From a virus (taxonomy: Duplodnaviria; Caudoviricetes): a DNA stretch of 48,194 bases. A program made the translations under genes and the position numbers. Positions within the stretch are counted from its first letter, which is position 1. Every line of letters starts with the position of its first letter. The DNA lies in the IMG/VR virus record IMGVR_UViG_3300022917_000014, positions 1 through 48,194 of that record; one strand, 5' to 3'. Below, one piece after another: positions 1 to 7,843 of this stretch. The notes beneath the pieces are model-generated. The model was not told where the DNA came from and made no database searches. It saw nothing but the letters and a program-made list of their open reading frames with translations.

Positions 1-132
1 TGGGCCCCCGTTCCTCGATCTTCGACACTCCCCGCAGCAAATCGGATAGTTCCACTGCGGCGTCGACAAATCGCAGCTTATTCATAAGGTCCTTTAGCCT
101 GACCAGCTTATCATACATGCCTTTGAAGGTGG
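1..132. repeat. Terminal direct repeat, left copy (circular assembly overlap)
   Basis: 1-132 matches 48063-48194 except position 6 (C vs T at 48068). A coding frame runs through the junction. Confidence 0.95.
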
Positions 133-268
133 TCGCGTAGCTCAGTTCCTTTTCCAATATTTGGTACTCACAATACCGCTCTATACTCATTTGCCCCTCG
201 ATGCTGTATGTCTTGCCGTTTGCTTCAAATACCCCTTTGTTAAAGTCGATGCGTTTCAGTTCTGCCAT
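1..268 (-). CDS. Tail assembly chaperone (gpG-like), 5' part; continues across the junction to 47812 (172 aa total)
   Basis: ATG at 268 (MAELKRIDFNKG...) is in frame with ORF 47812..48180 after circularisation; lies directly upstream of the tape measure gene. Confidence 0.8.
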   Translation of the reverse strand, partial: MAELKRIDFNKGVFEANGKTYSIEGQMSIERYCEYQILEKELSYATTFKGMYDKLVRLKDLMNKLRFVDAAVELSDLLRGVSKIEERGP

Positions 269-271
269 ACC

Positions 272-658
272 TTATTGCTTTTCCAGGTTAGTGATTATGC
301 GGGCGCAAACCATTGCCACCAGGATTGCGCCGCAAATTGCTGTGATCATGCCGAAAAAATAGGCCGCCGGGTTTGATGTGTGATGTAGTGCAGGGTAAAG
401 CAGGTATGCAGTACCAAACACCCCCGGTGCCACGCTCGGTATTACTTCCAGGAACATGTAAGACCATAGCGCAATCTGGCCGGCGATGCACTTTACACAA
501 CCCCAAATGGCCGGAAAAAACCATCGCTTTTCATACTTCTGGCCGATCATAAACCACCAATTTAGTACCGGCTCATGGGCTAATACTTGCCGATATACGG
601 CTGCGGATACCCCGGCACAGACGGCCAGCAGCATCGTTTCCAGAAAAAAAGTAACCAT
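272..658 (-). CDS. Small membrane protein with CxxC motif (128 aa), in the tail module
   Basis: Preferred ATG at 658 follows an A-rich leader and avoids overlap with 681..1289. Three hydrophobic segments and a GCVKC motif. Confidence 0.7.
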   Translation of the reverse strand: MVTFFLETMLLAVCAGVSAAVYRQVLAHEPVLNWWFMIGQKYEKRWFFPAIWGCVKCIAGQIALWSYMFLEVIPSVAPGVFGTAYLLYPALHHTSNPAAYFFGMITAICGAILVAMVCARIITNLEKQ

Positions 659-680
659 TGCTTTGAGTTTAATTATTGAA

Positions 681-1289
681 TTATGAACAGGTTTGAAGGT
701 TCCAGTTGATGCCATTAAAGCACCGGGCCGGAACATAGTATTTACACGAAAAGTCAATGCCGAAAAACTCATAAGGCGGCCGCAGGTATTGCCGGTCTTC
801 CTCCCTGTAAGTATACCGACCGAACAGGCCAGCATCCTGTGGTGGTATCCTGACCACTTCCACCTGCAGGCGTATGAACATGTCCACGTTTTCCGGGTTC
901 TTACCGGCCAGCGTATCAACGATAGATGCCATCATGCGACCGGCCACCATTTTGTAGTGATCTCCCACCAGATTGGCCCGGTTCAGCCAGCATACAAGGC
1001 GAATGTTTGAATTGTAACCGGTCTGGCCGTGCAGCCTGGGTAGTACAGCAGTGCCCCAGTCTTCAAAATAGATCAGTGATTTACGGGACCCATCAGGTAG
1101 CATCGGGCTTTCCTTACCCACACATGAATCACCCAGAGCGTCCAAACTAACAGGGTAACGGTTGGGCGTTTTGGTCCCTTCCTCGCTTACATACTCGGTA
1201 TGGATAGTCTGCACCAGGCCAGCCAGCAGGTCCACAAATGGTAGGGGTGCCAGCTTATCGCGCAGCACCCTCGCAAGTTCTCTCTGCAT
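681..1289 (-). CDS. Putative tail terminator/completion protein
   Basis: 202 aa; position after neck genes. Function from synteny only. Confidence 0.5.
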   Translation of the reverse strand: MQRELARVLRDKLAPLPFVDLLAGLVQTIHTEYVSEEGTKTPNRYPVSLDALGDSCVGKESPMLPDGSRKSLIYFEDWGTAVLPRLHGQTGYNSNIRLVCWLNRANLVGDHYKMVAGRMMASIVDTLAGKNPENVDMFIRLQVEVVRIPPQDAGLFGRYTYREEDRQYLRPPYEFFGIDFSCKYYVPARCFNGINWNLQTCS

Positions 1290-1364
1290 TTTAGTCCACT
1301 TTTATGGTCATGTAAAAAGTTGTTTATCAGTTCAATATAATTCCACTGGAAGACATGCGGGTAA

Positions 1365-1949
1365 TTATAGCCTGAATTGGTCCAGTATATTGACGACCTC
1401 GCCGATAACCACATCGGTCAGTATTTTACGGTCTGCCTCGTCCAGTGCCTTGCCGATAAAGTCGCCATACCGGTCACGGTTCCAGTTCATTTTGTCCCGG
1501 GTTTCATTGTTTGTTGCACCCAGTACCGCCACTACTATGTCGCCGCGTTCTTCAATCTTAATAGGCTGCATGTTGGACCACATCATACCGGTATATGTCA
1601 GGTCCACATGGCCGACCTGTAGGCCCTGGGCTGCCCTGAACTCGCCCCAGTTAGTGCCCCAGTCTGCAGGGTAGAAGGTCACGCCATCCTGTACGTGGGT
1701 CTCTTTTTGGTCTTTCTTCTTTTTGGTCTGTAGCCATGCCGCGCCGGTTCCGTTCAACTCCTTACCGTCCAGAAACCAGGCAGGCACTTTGACCTGTGAA
1801 TACGTACGACCGAACCCCTTGTCTTTGATCTTGCGTTCCGCCAGGGCCTTCGCCGATAGCGTCAGGGTCACAGCAATGTCTGGCAGCTTTGCGCGAACGG
1901 CTTCGCTGAGTTGCTTTAAACGTTCTTTGAGGTCCTTAGTACTTGCCAT
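1365..1949 (-). CDS. Putative neck/tail-completion protein
   Basis: 194 aa; VDLTYTGMMW segment resembles the 'L..TG.l' motif of tail-completion proteins; synteny. Confidence 0.5.
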   Translation of the reverse strand: MASTKDLKERLKQLSEAVRAKLPDIAVTLTLSAKALAERKIKDKGFGRTYSQVKVPAWFLDGKELNGTGAAWLQTKKKKDQKETHVQDGVTFYPADWGTNWGEFRAAQGLQVGHVDLTYTGMMWSNMQPIKIEERGDIVVAVLGATNNETRDKMNWNRDRYGDFIGKALDEADRKILTDVVIGEVVNILDQFRL

Positions 1950-1951
1950 TG

Positions 1952-3046
1952 TTAGCTGTATATGCCCGCAAAAAAGGGCTGGTTAACTGTCTCGCGGCAA
2001 ACATAACAGTTTGAAGCTGTTACGTCGATGACCGCGCCGACATAGGTAATGCGTGTTTCGTACTCTTTTTTGAAGTGGTTGCGCTTACCCCATAGATACT
2101 CCGACTTCATGGTCGTATAGCGGCTTACGTCTGTCTGCTTTTGCACGTCCTCAATCAATAGTTCGCCAGCCTTGTACCATACCGCATTGGACAGTGCCCG
2201 GGCAATGGCATCATTGTGGTTATACTCCCTGCACATCAGCTTTTCCTTGTCACAGGTCAGTTTCACGTCCAGGATAAGGCCGTGGCTGTACTCGTCGGTA
2301 GTGACCACATTCAGGGCACTCATGCTATCCACCTGTACACCGTTCACGGTCACGTATTCCACCAGGCCCCGCTGCGCGTTGCTGCTGCAGGTAGAACAAT
2401 CGATTTTCGTATCCTTTGGCAGGAAGGCACCGCCGGCCTCGTCCCGATCATAGACTACCCAGTACTCGTATCGGGTTCCGTTTTCCAGGAAAAACAGTTT
2501 TTGCACGGGGTTCACCGGGATGGATGCGTATGCGTTGGGCTCGGTTGTTACCTCCCAGGCCCCTACCTCCTGCCCCATCACGCTGTCGTAAGGCACTTTG
2601 AAAAGCCGCACATTGAAGGTTTGCGCCTCGTTAATGATCACCATAATGCGGGAAAGTTCCATCACGGCATCTGATTCATCGCGCGGGCGTATGCGCACGC
2701 CTTGCCACCTTTTTGACACTCCCAGGGTCGTCGCAAAGGACATGCGGCCAATGGTGCCGATGTAGGTATTACGGCTTTGCTCATAGGTGTTATTCATGGC
2801 GATGATCAGGTCGTCCTCTGTCGCCTTCACCGCGTTGGCGATGGCTGTATGGGCCATTTCTGCCATCTTCCTGCAGGCGTCCACATGGTTCAGGGCCTTA
2901 AGCTGTACCCCGCCTGGTAGGTTGTCCAGGTAAAGGCCCGATTTAGATACTTTGAGGGCCAGTACTTGCTCTGAAGTCAGGCCGGTAATAATGCACTCGC
3001 AGTCTGAAGTGGTGACGCCGACGCTATCGGTAAGGCATTGTAACAT
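1952..3046 (-). CDS. Putative head-tail adaptor/connector (364 aa, Cys-rich)
   Basis: First gene after the capsid gene; ATG at 3046 lies downstream of the terminator. Confidence 0.5.
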   Translation of the reverse strand: MLQCLTDSVGVTTSDCECIITGLTSEQVLALKVSKSGLYLDNLPGGVQLKALNHVDACRKMAEMAHTAIANAVKATEDDLIIAMNNTYEQSRNTYIGTIGRMSFATTLGVSKRWQGVRIRPRDESDAVMELSRIMVIINEAQTFNVRLFKVPYDSVMGQEVGAWEVTTEPNAYASIPVNPVQKLFFLENGTRYEYWVVYDRDEAGGAFLPKDTKIDCSTCSSNAQRGLVEYVTVNGVQVDSMSALNVVTTDEYSHGLILDVKLTCDKEKLMCREYNHNDAIARALSNAVWYKAGELLIEDVQKQTDVSRYTTMKSEYLWGKRNHFKKEYETRITYVGAVIDVTASNCYVCRETVNQPFFAGIYS

Positions 3047-3073
3047 GGTGCTTTGTTTTTGTAAATGTAAAAT

Positions 3074-3102
3074 AAAAAAACCGGCACATTGCTGCGCCGG
3101 TT
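3074..3102 (-). terminator. Intrinsic terminator after the major capsid gene
   Basis: AACCGGCGCA-GCAA-TGTGCCGGTT followed by a T-run on the minus strand. Confidence 0.85.
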
Positions 3103-3144
3103 GTGTTTCCGCTTTTATCGGTGGCAAAACTGAAAGCCTGGGTA

Positions 3145-4182
3145 TTATGCGCCCTTGCTGTAGGACAGCACACCGGTCGGGTTGTAGTTCACTGAGCTAA
3201 CAGTAACGGTACAACCTTCAGGGTTTAAGAAGATACCGCCCCTGGTCTTCACTTTCCAGGTATGTACCAGGTGTTCCTGGGCTCCTGCGCTGGTACAGGT
3301 GAGTGCGTAGTAAACATCATACTTCACGCCCGGGATAACGGAACTGGGTGCAGTGTAGCGGGTCTGGTTAACCTTGCCGCCCACTTCCACCGGCGTATCG
3401 CTGTTCCGTACTTTGGTCACGAAAGCAATGGCGCTGGAAGATACCGCAAAGGTGTCCTCTGTCAGCCCTGCAGGTCCAAAATTAAACGGGTCGAAGTACA
3501 TGCGCAACTGTGCAATGCGGGCCGCGTCGCCCTTGCCGTCCAGGTTGCCGGCATTCAATTGGGCGTTGGTCCAGGGCACCCACAAACCACCGTTGTCGAT
3601 GTAGTAGGCGTTACCCAATTTGTTCATCATTGCGTCGTACATCATTTCCGCGATCATAGACACATTATACTGGGCAGCGGGTACTGTAGTAGTGCCTGCA
3701 GCGTAGGTATAAGGTTCTGGTGACACGTTGATGCCGGCGAAAGCCTTCAACTTTACAAGGTTCTGCTGTGCCCACCATTCGTCCAGGGCTTTGATCGCAA
3801 AGGCCAATCCGCTGGCCGCTTCCTCCTCGACCGTGTACGTATTGGTCCGGGTCTTTTCCGCGTCTACGGAAAAGGTGACCTCTTTACACATGTCCAGCGT
3901 GTAGGTCTTGCCGCCGCTTTCAAGCTCGGCACCTACTACGGTACAATCGGTGGTACAGTCCTGCACCGCTACGGCGCAAGGGTTGATAAAGTTTACAATG
4001 ACCTGGTTTTCCTTGTCGCGGTCTTCCAGCATTGAAAAACGGGCCGTGCTGTTTGTCTTCACAGCCACGGCTGCCTGGGCATTCGCTTTGTAGTCCTGCG
4101 CCAATCGGCTATCTGCCCACATGCTTTCCGCCTTAAGCTTGATTGCTAAGAGGGCCGATGCACTGAAATCGCCTGCTGCCAT
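3145..4182 (-). CDS. Major capsid protein
   Basis: 345 aa; follows a scaffold-like gene and is followed by a strong terminator; typical size and position. Confidence 0.75.
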   Translation of the reverse strand: MAAGDFSASALLAIKLKAESMWADSRLAQDYKANAQAAVAVKTNSTARFSMLEDRDKENQVIVNFINPCAVAVQDCTTDCTVVGAELESGGKTYTLDMCKEVTFSVDAEKTRTNTYTVEEEAASGLAFAIKALDEWWAQQNLVKLKAFAGINVSPEPYTYAAGTTTVPAAQYNVSMIAEMMYDAMMNKLGNAYYIDNGGLWVPWTNAQLNAGNLDGKGDAARIAQLRMYFDPFNFGPAGLTEDTFAVSSSAIAFVTKVRNSDTPVEVGGKVNQTRYTAPSSVIPGVKYDVYYALTCTSAGAQEHLVHTWKVKTRGGIFLNPEGCTVTVSSVNYNPTGVLSYSKGA

Positions 4183-4230
4183 GTTAAAAAAATTAATGGG
4201 TTAGTAAAAAAATGGTTAGTAAGTAAGAGC

Positions 4231-5178
4231 CTATTTTGTGCCGGCGGCCTGTTCGGTCTGCCACACATTCATCACTGTTTGCCGGTCTTCCAGCTTGATC
4301 TTGTCGTCATTTACGATTGCTGACAATTGTTCCAGGTTAGTCGGCTTCGTGATGCCTGCAGGATAAACTACCGCTGCTGCACCGCCTGCCGCTGCGCCCT
4401 TCCCTGCATCCGCATTACTTGTGCTGCCGCCTCCGTTGTTTTGCTGAAACTCGAAGTATCCGGCTGCATTCGTTTTTGCCAGATCGTCCAGGGTAACATT
4501 GTTGCCGTGGCTGTCTGTATGCACCTTCCCGTCTTTCATAACCAGGATGGTCTTGCCGTCGGCCTGCGTTTCGTAGTCAAAGTCCTTGAATGTCGCCAGG
4601 TAAGCCTTTTTAAGATTGTCAGCAACCTGTGGATTTTTCGGCAAAATAGGGTTCATTCCTGTGACGGTCTCCCATGCTTTAGTGCCTACAACCGCGAACG
4701 TTTCCGCTTTTTTCTGGCCGGTTTCCAGTTCGGTCACCTTTGCCTGCCATGTGCTATTGGCTTCGGTCAGGGCCTTTTTATGGTCCTTAACAGTCTGCTG
4801 ATAGAACGGGCTTTTACGTATGTCGTCCTCGGTGATTTCCTTCGGCTTTGCTCCTGTTGGTGCCTTCGCTGTGACGATAACGTCGATCAGGTCCAGGCCA
4901 GTGGCATCGCTTTCAATCTCAAACTTTTCTTTGATGGTTTTTTCCAGTTCAGTAAGACTTTCCTTTTTACCTTTTGCATATCCGTCCTGAAAAGTTTGCC
5001 CCTTAGCGGGCGTCTTCAGTGTGGCAATGCGGGCGGTGTCTTTGTCTAAAATGGTTTGTGTAGCTGTCTCCTGGGCATTGTCTTCTGACGAATTTAGGAG
5101 TTCGTCGATCTCCCCGTCTTGCATTTTGTAAACCTTTGCAAGTAAGGCCCGTAGAATTTTTGAAGCGTCGATTTTCAT
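4231..5178 (-). CDS. Capsid scaffolding protein
   Basis: 315 aa, charged helical/coiled-coil with a Gly/Ala linker and short C-terminal domain; immediately upstream of MCP. Confidence 0.65.
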   Translation of the reverse strand: MKIDASKILRALLAKVYKMQDGEIDELLNSSEDNAQETATQTILDKDTARIATLKTPAKGQTFQDGYAKGKKESLTELEKTIKEKFEIESDATGLDLIDVIVTAKAPTGAKPKEITEDDIRKSPFYQQTVKDHKKALTEANSTWQAKVTELETGQKKAETFAVVGTKAWETVTGMNPILPKNPQVADNLKKAYLATFKDFDYETQADGKTILVMKDGKVHTDSHGNNVTLDDLAKTNAAGYFEFQQNNGGGSTSNADAGKGAAAGGAAAVVYPAGITKPTNLEQLSAIVNDDKIKLEDRQTVMNVWQTEQAAGTK

Positions 5179-5209
5179 AACAAATGTAATTAAAAAGATG
5201 AATTGAAAA

Positions 5210-5440
5210 CTATTTTTTGGCGGCGGCCTTCTTTTTAGCCCCGCCTCGTTTCCCCTTCCCTTTGATGGCTTTCGCTTGTAGTGCTTTCAGTTCTGCCACC
5301 TCTGGGGGTTCTTTTATGGTCTTAACATATTCAAAAACACCCCGCCACATAGGGGTGTTTTTGTTCTGGTGCCATAAATCGGCATCGACCTGGCTGGTAA
5401 CCTTTGTGGTTCGGTTGCGGATAACGATAATATGGCCCAT
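5210..5440 (-). CDS. Hypothetical protein with Lys-rich tail
   Basis: 76 aa ORF, tightly packed with neighbours. Confidence 0.65.
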   Translation of the reverse strand: MGHIIVIRNRTTKVTSQVDADLWHQNKNTPMWRGVFEYVKTIKEPPEVAELKALQAKAIKGKGKRGGAKKKAAAKK

Positions 5441-5443
5441 AGG

Positions 5444-6097
5444 TTACTGTTTGGCGGTCTGCAGTTCGCGCACTTCGGCCGGAACTACCACAATTGGTTT
5501 AAGGCCGTCCTGGTTTTTGTTGCCGCCCAATCTGTCCCATGTCATGCGGGTGAAGTGACGGACCACGCCGTCCCTGCCCTTCGCAGTCACGAACCCGGGG
5601 CCGTATTCCTTTTCCAGCTTCGCCTGTTCCTGCGCCTCCGTGTCCAATTCCTGGGCTTTGCCTTCCTCGGTCACTGGTGGCGGGTCCGGTACAAACTTTT
5701 TGTTGTTGCCAGCCTGCTGTAGTGCCATGTCAGTGTTGGCCTTCAGTGTCGCCTGATCTGCCTGCCATTTTTGGAAGGCCGCGAAATCATCGGCATTGAC
5801 TACCAGCCCCGACTGTTGTGTCCCTGCAGGTACATTCCCCTCGCCGGCGTTGTCTGTCTTTGCGGCTGCCTGTGGTGCTGGCGTTACCGGTGTCTTAACT
5901 GCAGCAGGCGCTTTCGTGGCTGTAGCTGCCGGCGTTGCAGCCTTTGCTTGCGGTGCTGGCGCCGTTCCTGTCTTCGCGGCTGCCTGCTGCTTTACAGCGG
6001 CCTGGTCAACCGTTGCGCCACCTTTGGCGGCACCCTCATTGAGTACTGCGGCTTCCAGGTTCTTGTCCTGGGGGGCCACTTGTTTTTGTTCGCTCAT
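5444..6097 (-). CDS. Hypothetical Ala/Pro-rich protein (217 aa)
   Basis: ATG at 6097 follows an A/C-rich leader; the longer ORF-track start runs through a terminator and promoter. Confidence 0.7.
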   Translation of the reverse strand: MSEQKQVAPQDKNLEAAVLNEGAAKGGATVDQAAVKQQAAAKTGTAPAPQAKAATPAATATKAPAAVKTPVTPAPQAAAKTDNAGEGNVPAGTQQSGLVVNADDFAAFQKWQADQATLKANTDMALQQAGNNKKFVPDPPPVTEEGKAQELDTEAQEQAKLEKEYGPGFVTAKGRDGVVRHFTRMTWDRLGGNKNQDGLKPIVVVPAEVRELQTAKQ

Positions 6098-6190
6098 TGT
6101 AAAAAGGTTTGTTTGATGTGTGATTGCAAAAATGGTTCCGACGCGGAAACACAGCCGGTGCAGAACCTCATGCGTTGACAAATATAAAAG

Positions 6191-6220
6191 AAAAAAGCCG
6201 GGACGTACTGCCCCGGCTTT
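6191..6220 (-). terminator. Intrinsic terminator
   Basis: AAAGCCGGGGC-AGTAC-GTCCCGGCTTTTTT on the minus strand. Confidence 0.85.
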
Positions 6221-6246
6221 GCCTACAATCTTTTCATGCGACACGA

Positions 6247-6603
6247 TTACCCGTTGGTCTGATCACCTGTACCGTCGCCACCTTCCTGTGCGTCGGGGTT
6301 CAGATCGTCCACGCTCTGTACGTTACTTTTCAGTTCCGCCAGTGCTGCCTCTACTTCAGGGGTTACGTTTCCTGCATCCCTGACAGCCTGTTCCAGACGG
6401 TCCGTAGATGCTAAAATTTCTCCCTTTGCTTTTTGCAATTGGGTGTTTGTGTCGCGTAGTTCTTGTGCCAGTTCGGCCTGTGTCTTTGCCATTTGATCGA
6501 ATTTTAACGTTAAAAATGAAAAAAGTCTTTGCCACATGTCACTCGGCCCGGGTGTATTGGGTTCAACAAAATGGACCTCGTGCAGTATTTTTAGTGTCAA
6601 CAT
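6247..6603 (-). CDS. Hypothetical coiled-coil protein
   Basis: 118 aa ORF with a heptad-rich C-terminal half. Confidence 0.65.
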   Translation of the reverse strand: MLTLKILHEVHFVEPNTPGPSDMWQRLFSFLTLKFDQMAKTQAELAQELRDTNTQLQKAKGEILASTDRLEQAVRDAGNVTPEVEAALAELKSNVQSVDDLNPDAQEGGDGTGDQTNG

Positions 6604-6641
6604 GTCTAAAGTATTTTAGCTAAGATACAAAACGGCTGCAA

Positions 6642-7529
6642 TTATTGGGCCTCCTTTAAATCGGGTCGAAGTGCCACGGCCACGGCCTTCGGTATGTAGT
6701 TTAGATGGTGCCTGCAGCCATACCCGCCCAGGTCCGTCGCCGGGTTGTAGTTCGGCGGCTTTGCCTCCTTTGGGTCGAACTTCTCTATTTCTTCCGATGT
6801 GAACACCTTACCGTTGCGGGCCTTGCAAAATGGCCTGGTGGTCTTTATAATGCCGCCTTCATAGATGGCATATTTCAGGTCCAGCTTGTCGGCGAATATT
6901 TTGGCCTGGGTCCGGTCTACCTGATTGAAAGTATCGTACACGAAGTTCCGATAATACTTCTGCAGGGCACCGGTCTGGCCCTCACCGCCCTGTATGTAGT
7001 CCTTTAGGCCGGTCTTTGTAGCCTGGTAGCCCTTCTGGTTTACTATGCTTTTGAACACGCTGTCTTTGATCGTGGACTTTGTGGTCTCATCCCGTAGCAG
7101 GGTATTCAGATACCCATTTTCGACCAGGCCGCCCCGCTTCGTGATCCCTAACCAGTCGCCTATCGTGCTTTTCGTCTCGTCCAGTATCTTGCCCAGTTCG
7201 GCCTTGCTGGTGAATACCCCGAAGTAACGACCATTGAAGTCCATCACCTGGTTGACGCCCTTTACGATTGTGTTAACCACCTCTATGCCGGACTGTTCCA
7301 CGTACTGCGTGTATATGCGGTCGAAGGTTGCCAGGCGCCTGCGGTTTGACAACGTGTTTTTGATCACGCCGTCCGCATCCTTGTCCAGCTTATCTACAAA
7401 GTCGGTGATGATGGTTTCCAGCAGGGCCCCCTGCGCGCGCCCGACCTGGGTTTCCATTTCTGCAATGATTGCGTCAATCAACTTCGTGCGGCTCCCGGCC
7501 AGCTTTAATATGTCTGCTGCAGTTGGCAT
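6642..7529 (-). CDS. Minor head / MuF (SPP1 gp7)-like morphogenesis protein
   Basis: C-terminal TRPFC...RNGKVF...GGYGCRH motif; near the portal gene. Confidence 0.7.
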   Translation of the reverse strand: MPTAADILKLAGSRTKLIDAIIAEMETQVGRAQGALLETIITDFVDKLDKDADGVIKNTLSNRRRLATFDRIYTQYVEQSGIEVVNTIVKGVNQVMDFNGRYFGVFTSKAELGKILDETKSTIGDWLGITKRGGLVENGYLNTLLRDETTKSTIKDSVFKSIVNQKGYQATKTGLKDYIQGGEGQTGALQKYYRNFVYDTFNQVDRTQAKIFADKLDLKYAIYEGGIIKTTRPFCKARNGKVFTSEEIEKFDPKEAKPPNYNPATDLGGYGCRHHLNYIPKAVAVALRPDLKEAQ

Positions 7530-7843
7530 AGTGCTGTGTGTATTGCTGTGGTCGTCTCCTTTGCCCATGCCTCGAAATCACGGTCCAGGAAAACGCGCTG
7601 CAGCTTTTCATTGAAGTAAACGTACTTAAGATCACGGCCGCCATTGTTGCGATCCCATACAAGGTCCATTATCACCTGGTGCCAGGTCTTTTTGTTGGGG
7701 TTCGGGTCCTTTATCCAGGCTATAATCCCGTTTTTGATTATCCGCATATCGGCTTTACTGCTGTCGTGGCAGAATATCCTGCGGTCCCGTTTGGCCCTTT
7801 CAATGGCCTTATGTTTAGCTTGTTGGGGTGTCTCCTTTGCCAT
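7505..7843 (-). CDS. Hypothetical protein (112 aa)
   Basis: ATG at 7843 overlaps the end of the portal gene. Confidence 0.6.
   Translation of the reverse strand: MAKETPQQAKHKAIERAKRDRRIFCHDSSKADMRIIKNGIIAWIKDPNPNKKTWHQVIMDLVWDRNNGGRDLKYVYFNEKLQRVFLDRDFEAWAKETTTAIHTALCQLQQTY

Noticed and set aside
1-132. Biological terminal repeat or att site
   Set aside because: It falls mid-gene with the frame continuing across the junction, so it is best explained as assembly overlap. The single mismatch is likely an error or variant.
659-919. N-terminal extension of ORF 272..919, and similar long starts at 3127, 6244, 9932, 29464 and 47670
   Set aside because: The extensions overlap other genes or run through terminators and promoters; downstream ATGs have better leader context.
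1187-1414. 75-aa minus-strand ORF bridging two neck genes
   Set aside because: It overlaps both neighbours and has a weak start and no motif.
3092-6163. Invertible DNA segment bounded by the 21-nt inverted repeat
   Set aside because: No invertase is seen, and inversion would cut essential head genes off from their promoter; an RNA-level role fits better.
6221-6246. 3'-UTR AUGAAAAGAU complementary to 35850-35859 upstream of the endolysin; also a 9-nt match of the ~9880-9897 UTR to ~17031
   Set aside because: Matches of 10 nt or less in AT-rich sequence are too likely by chance.
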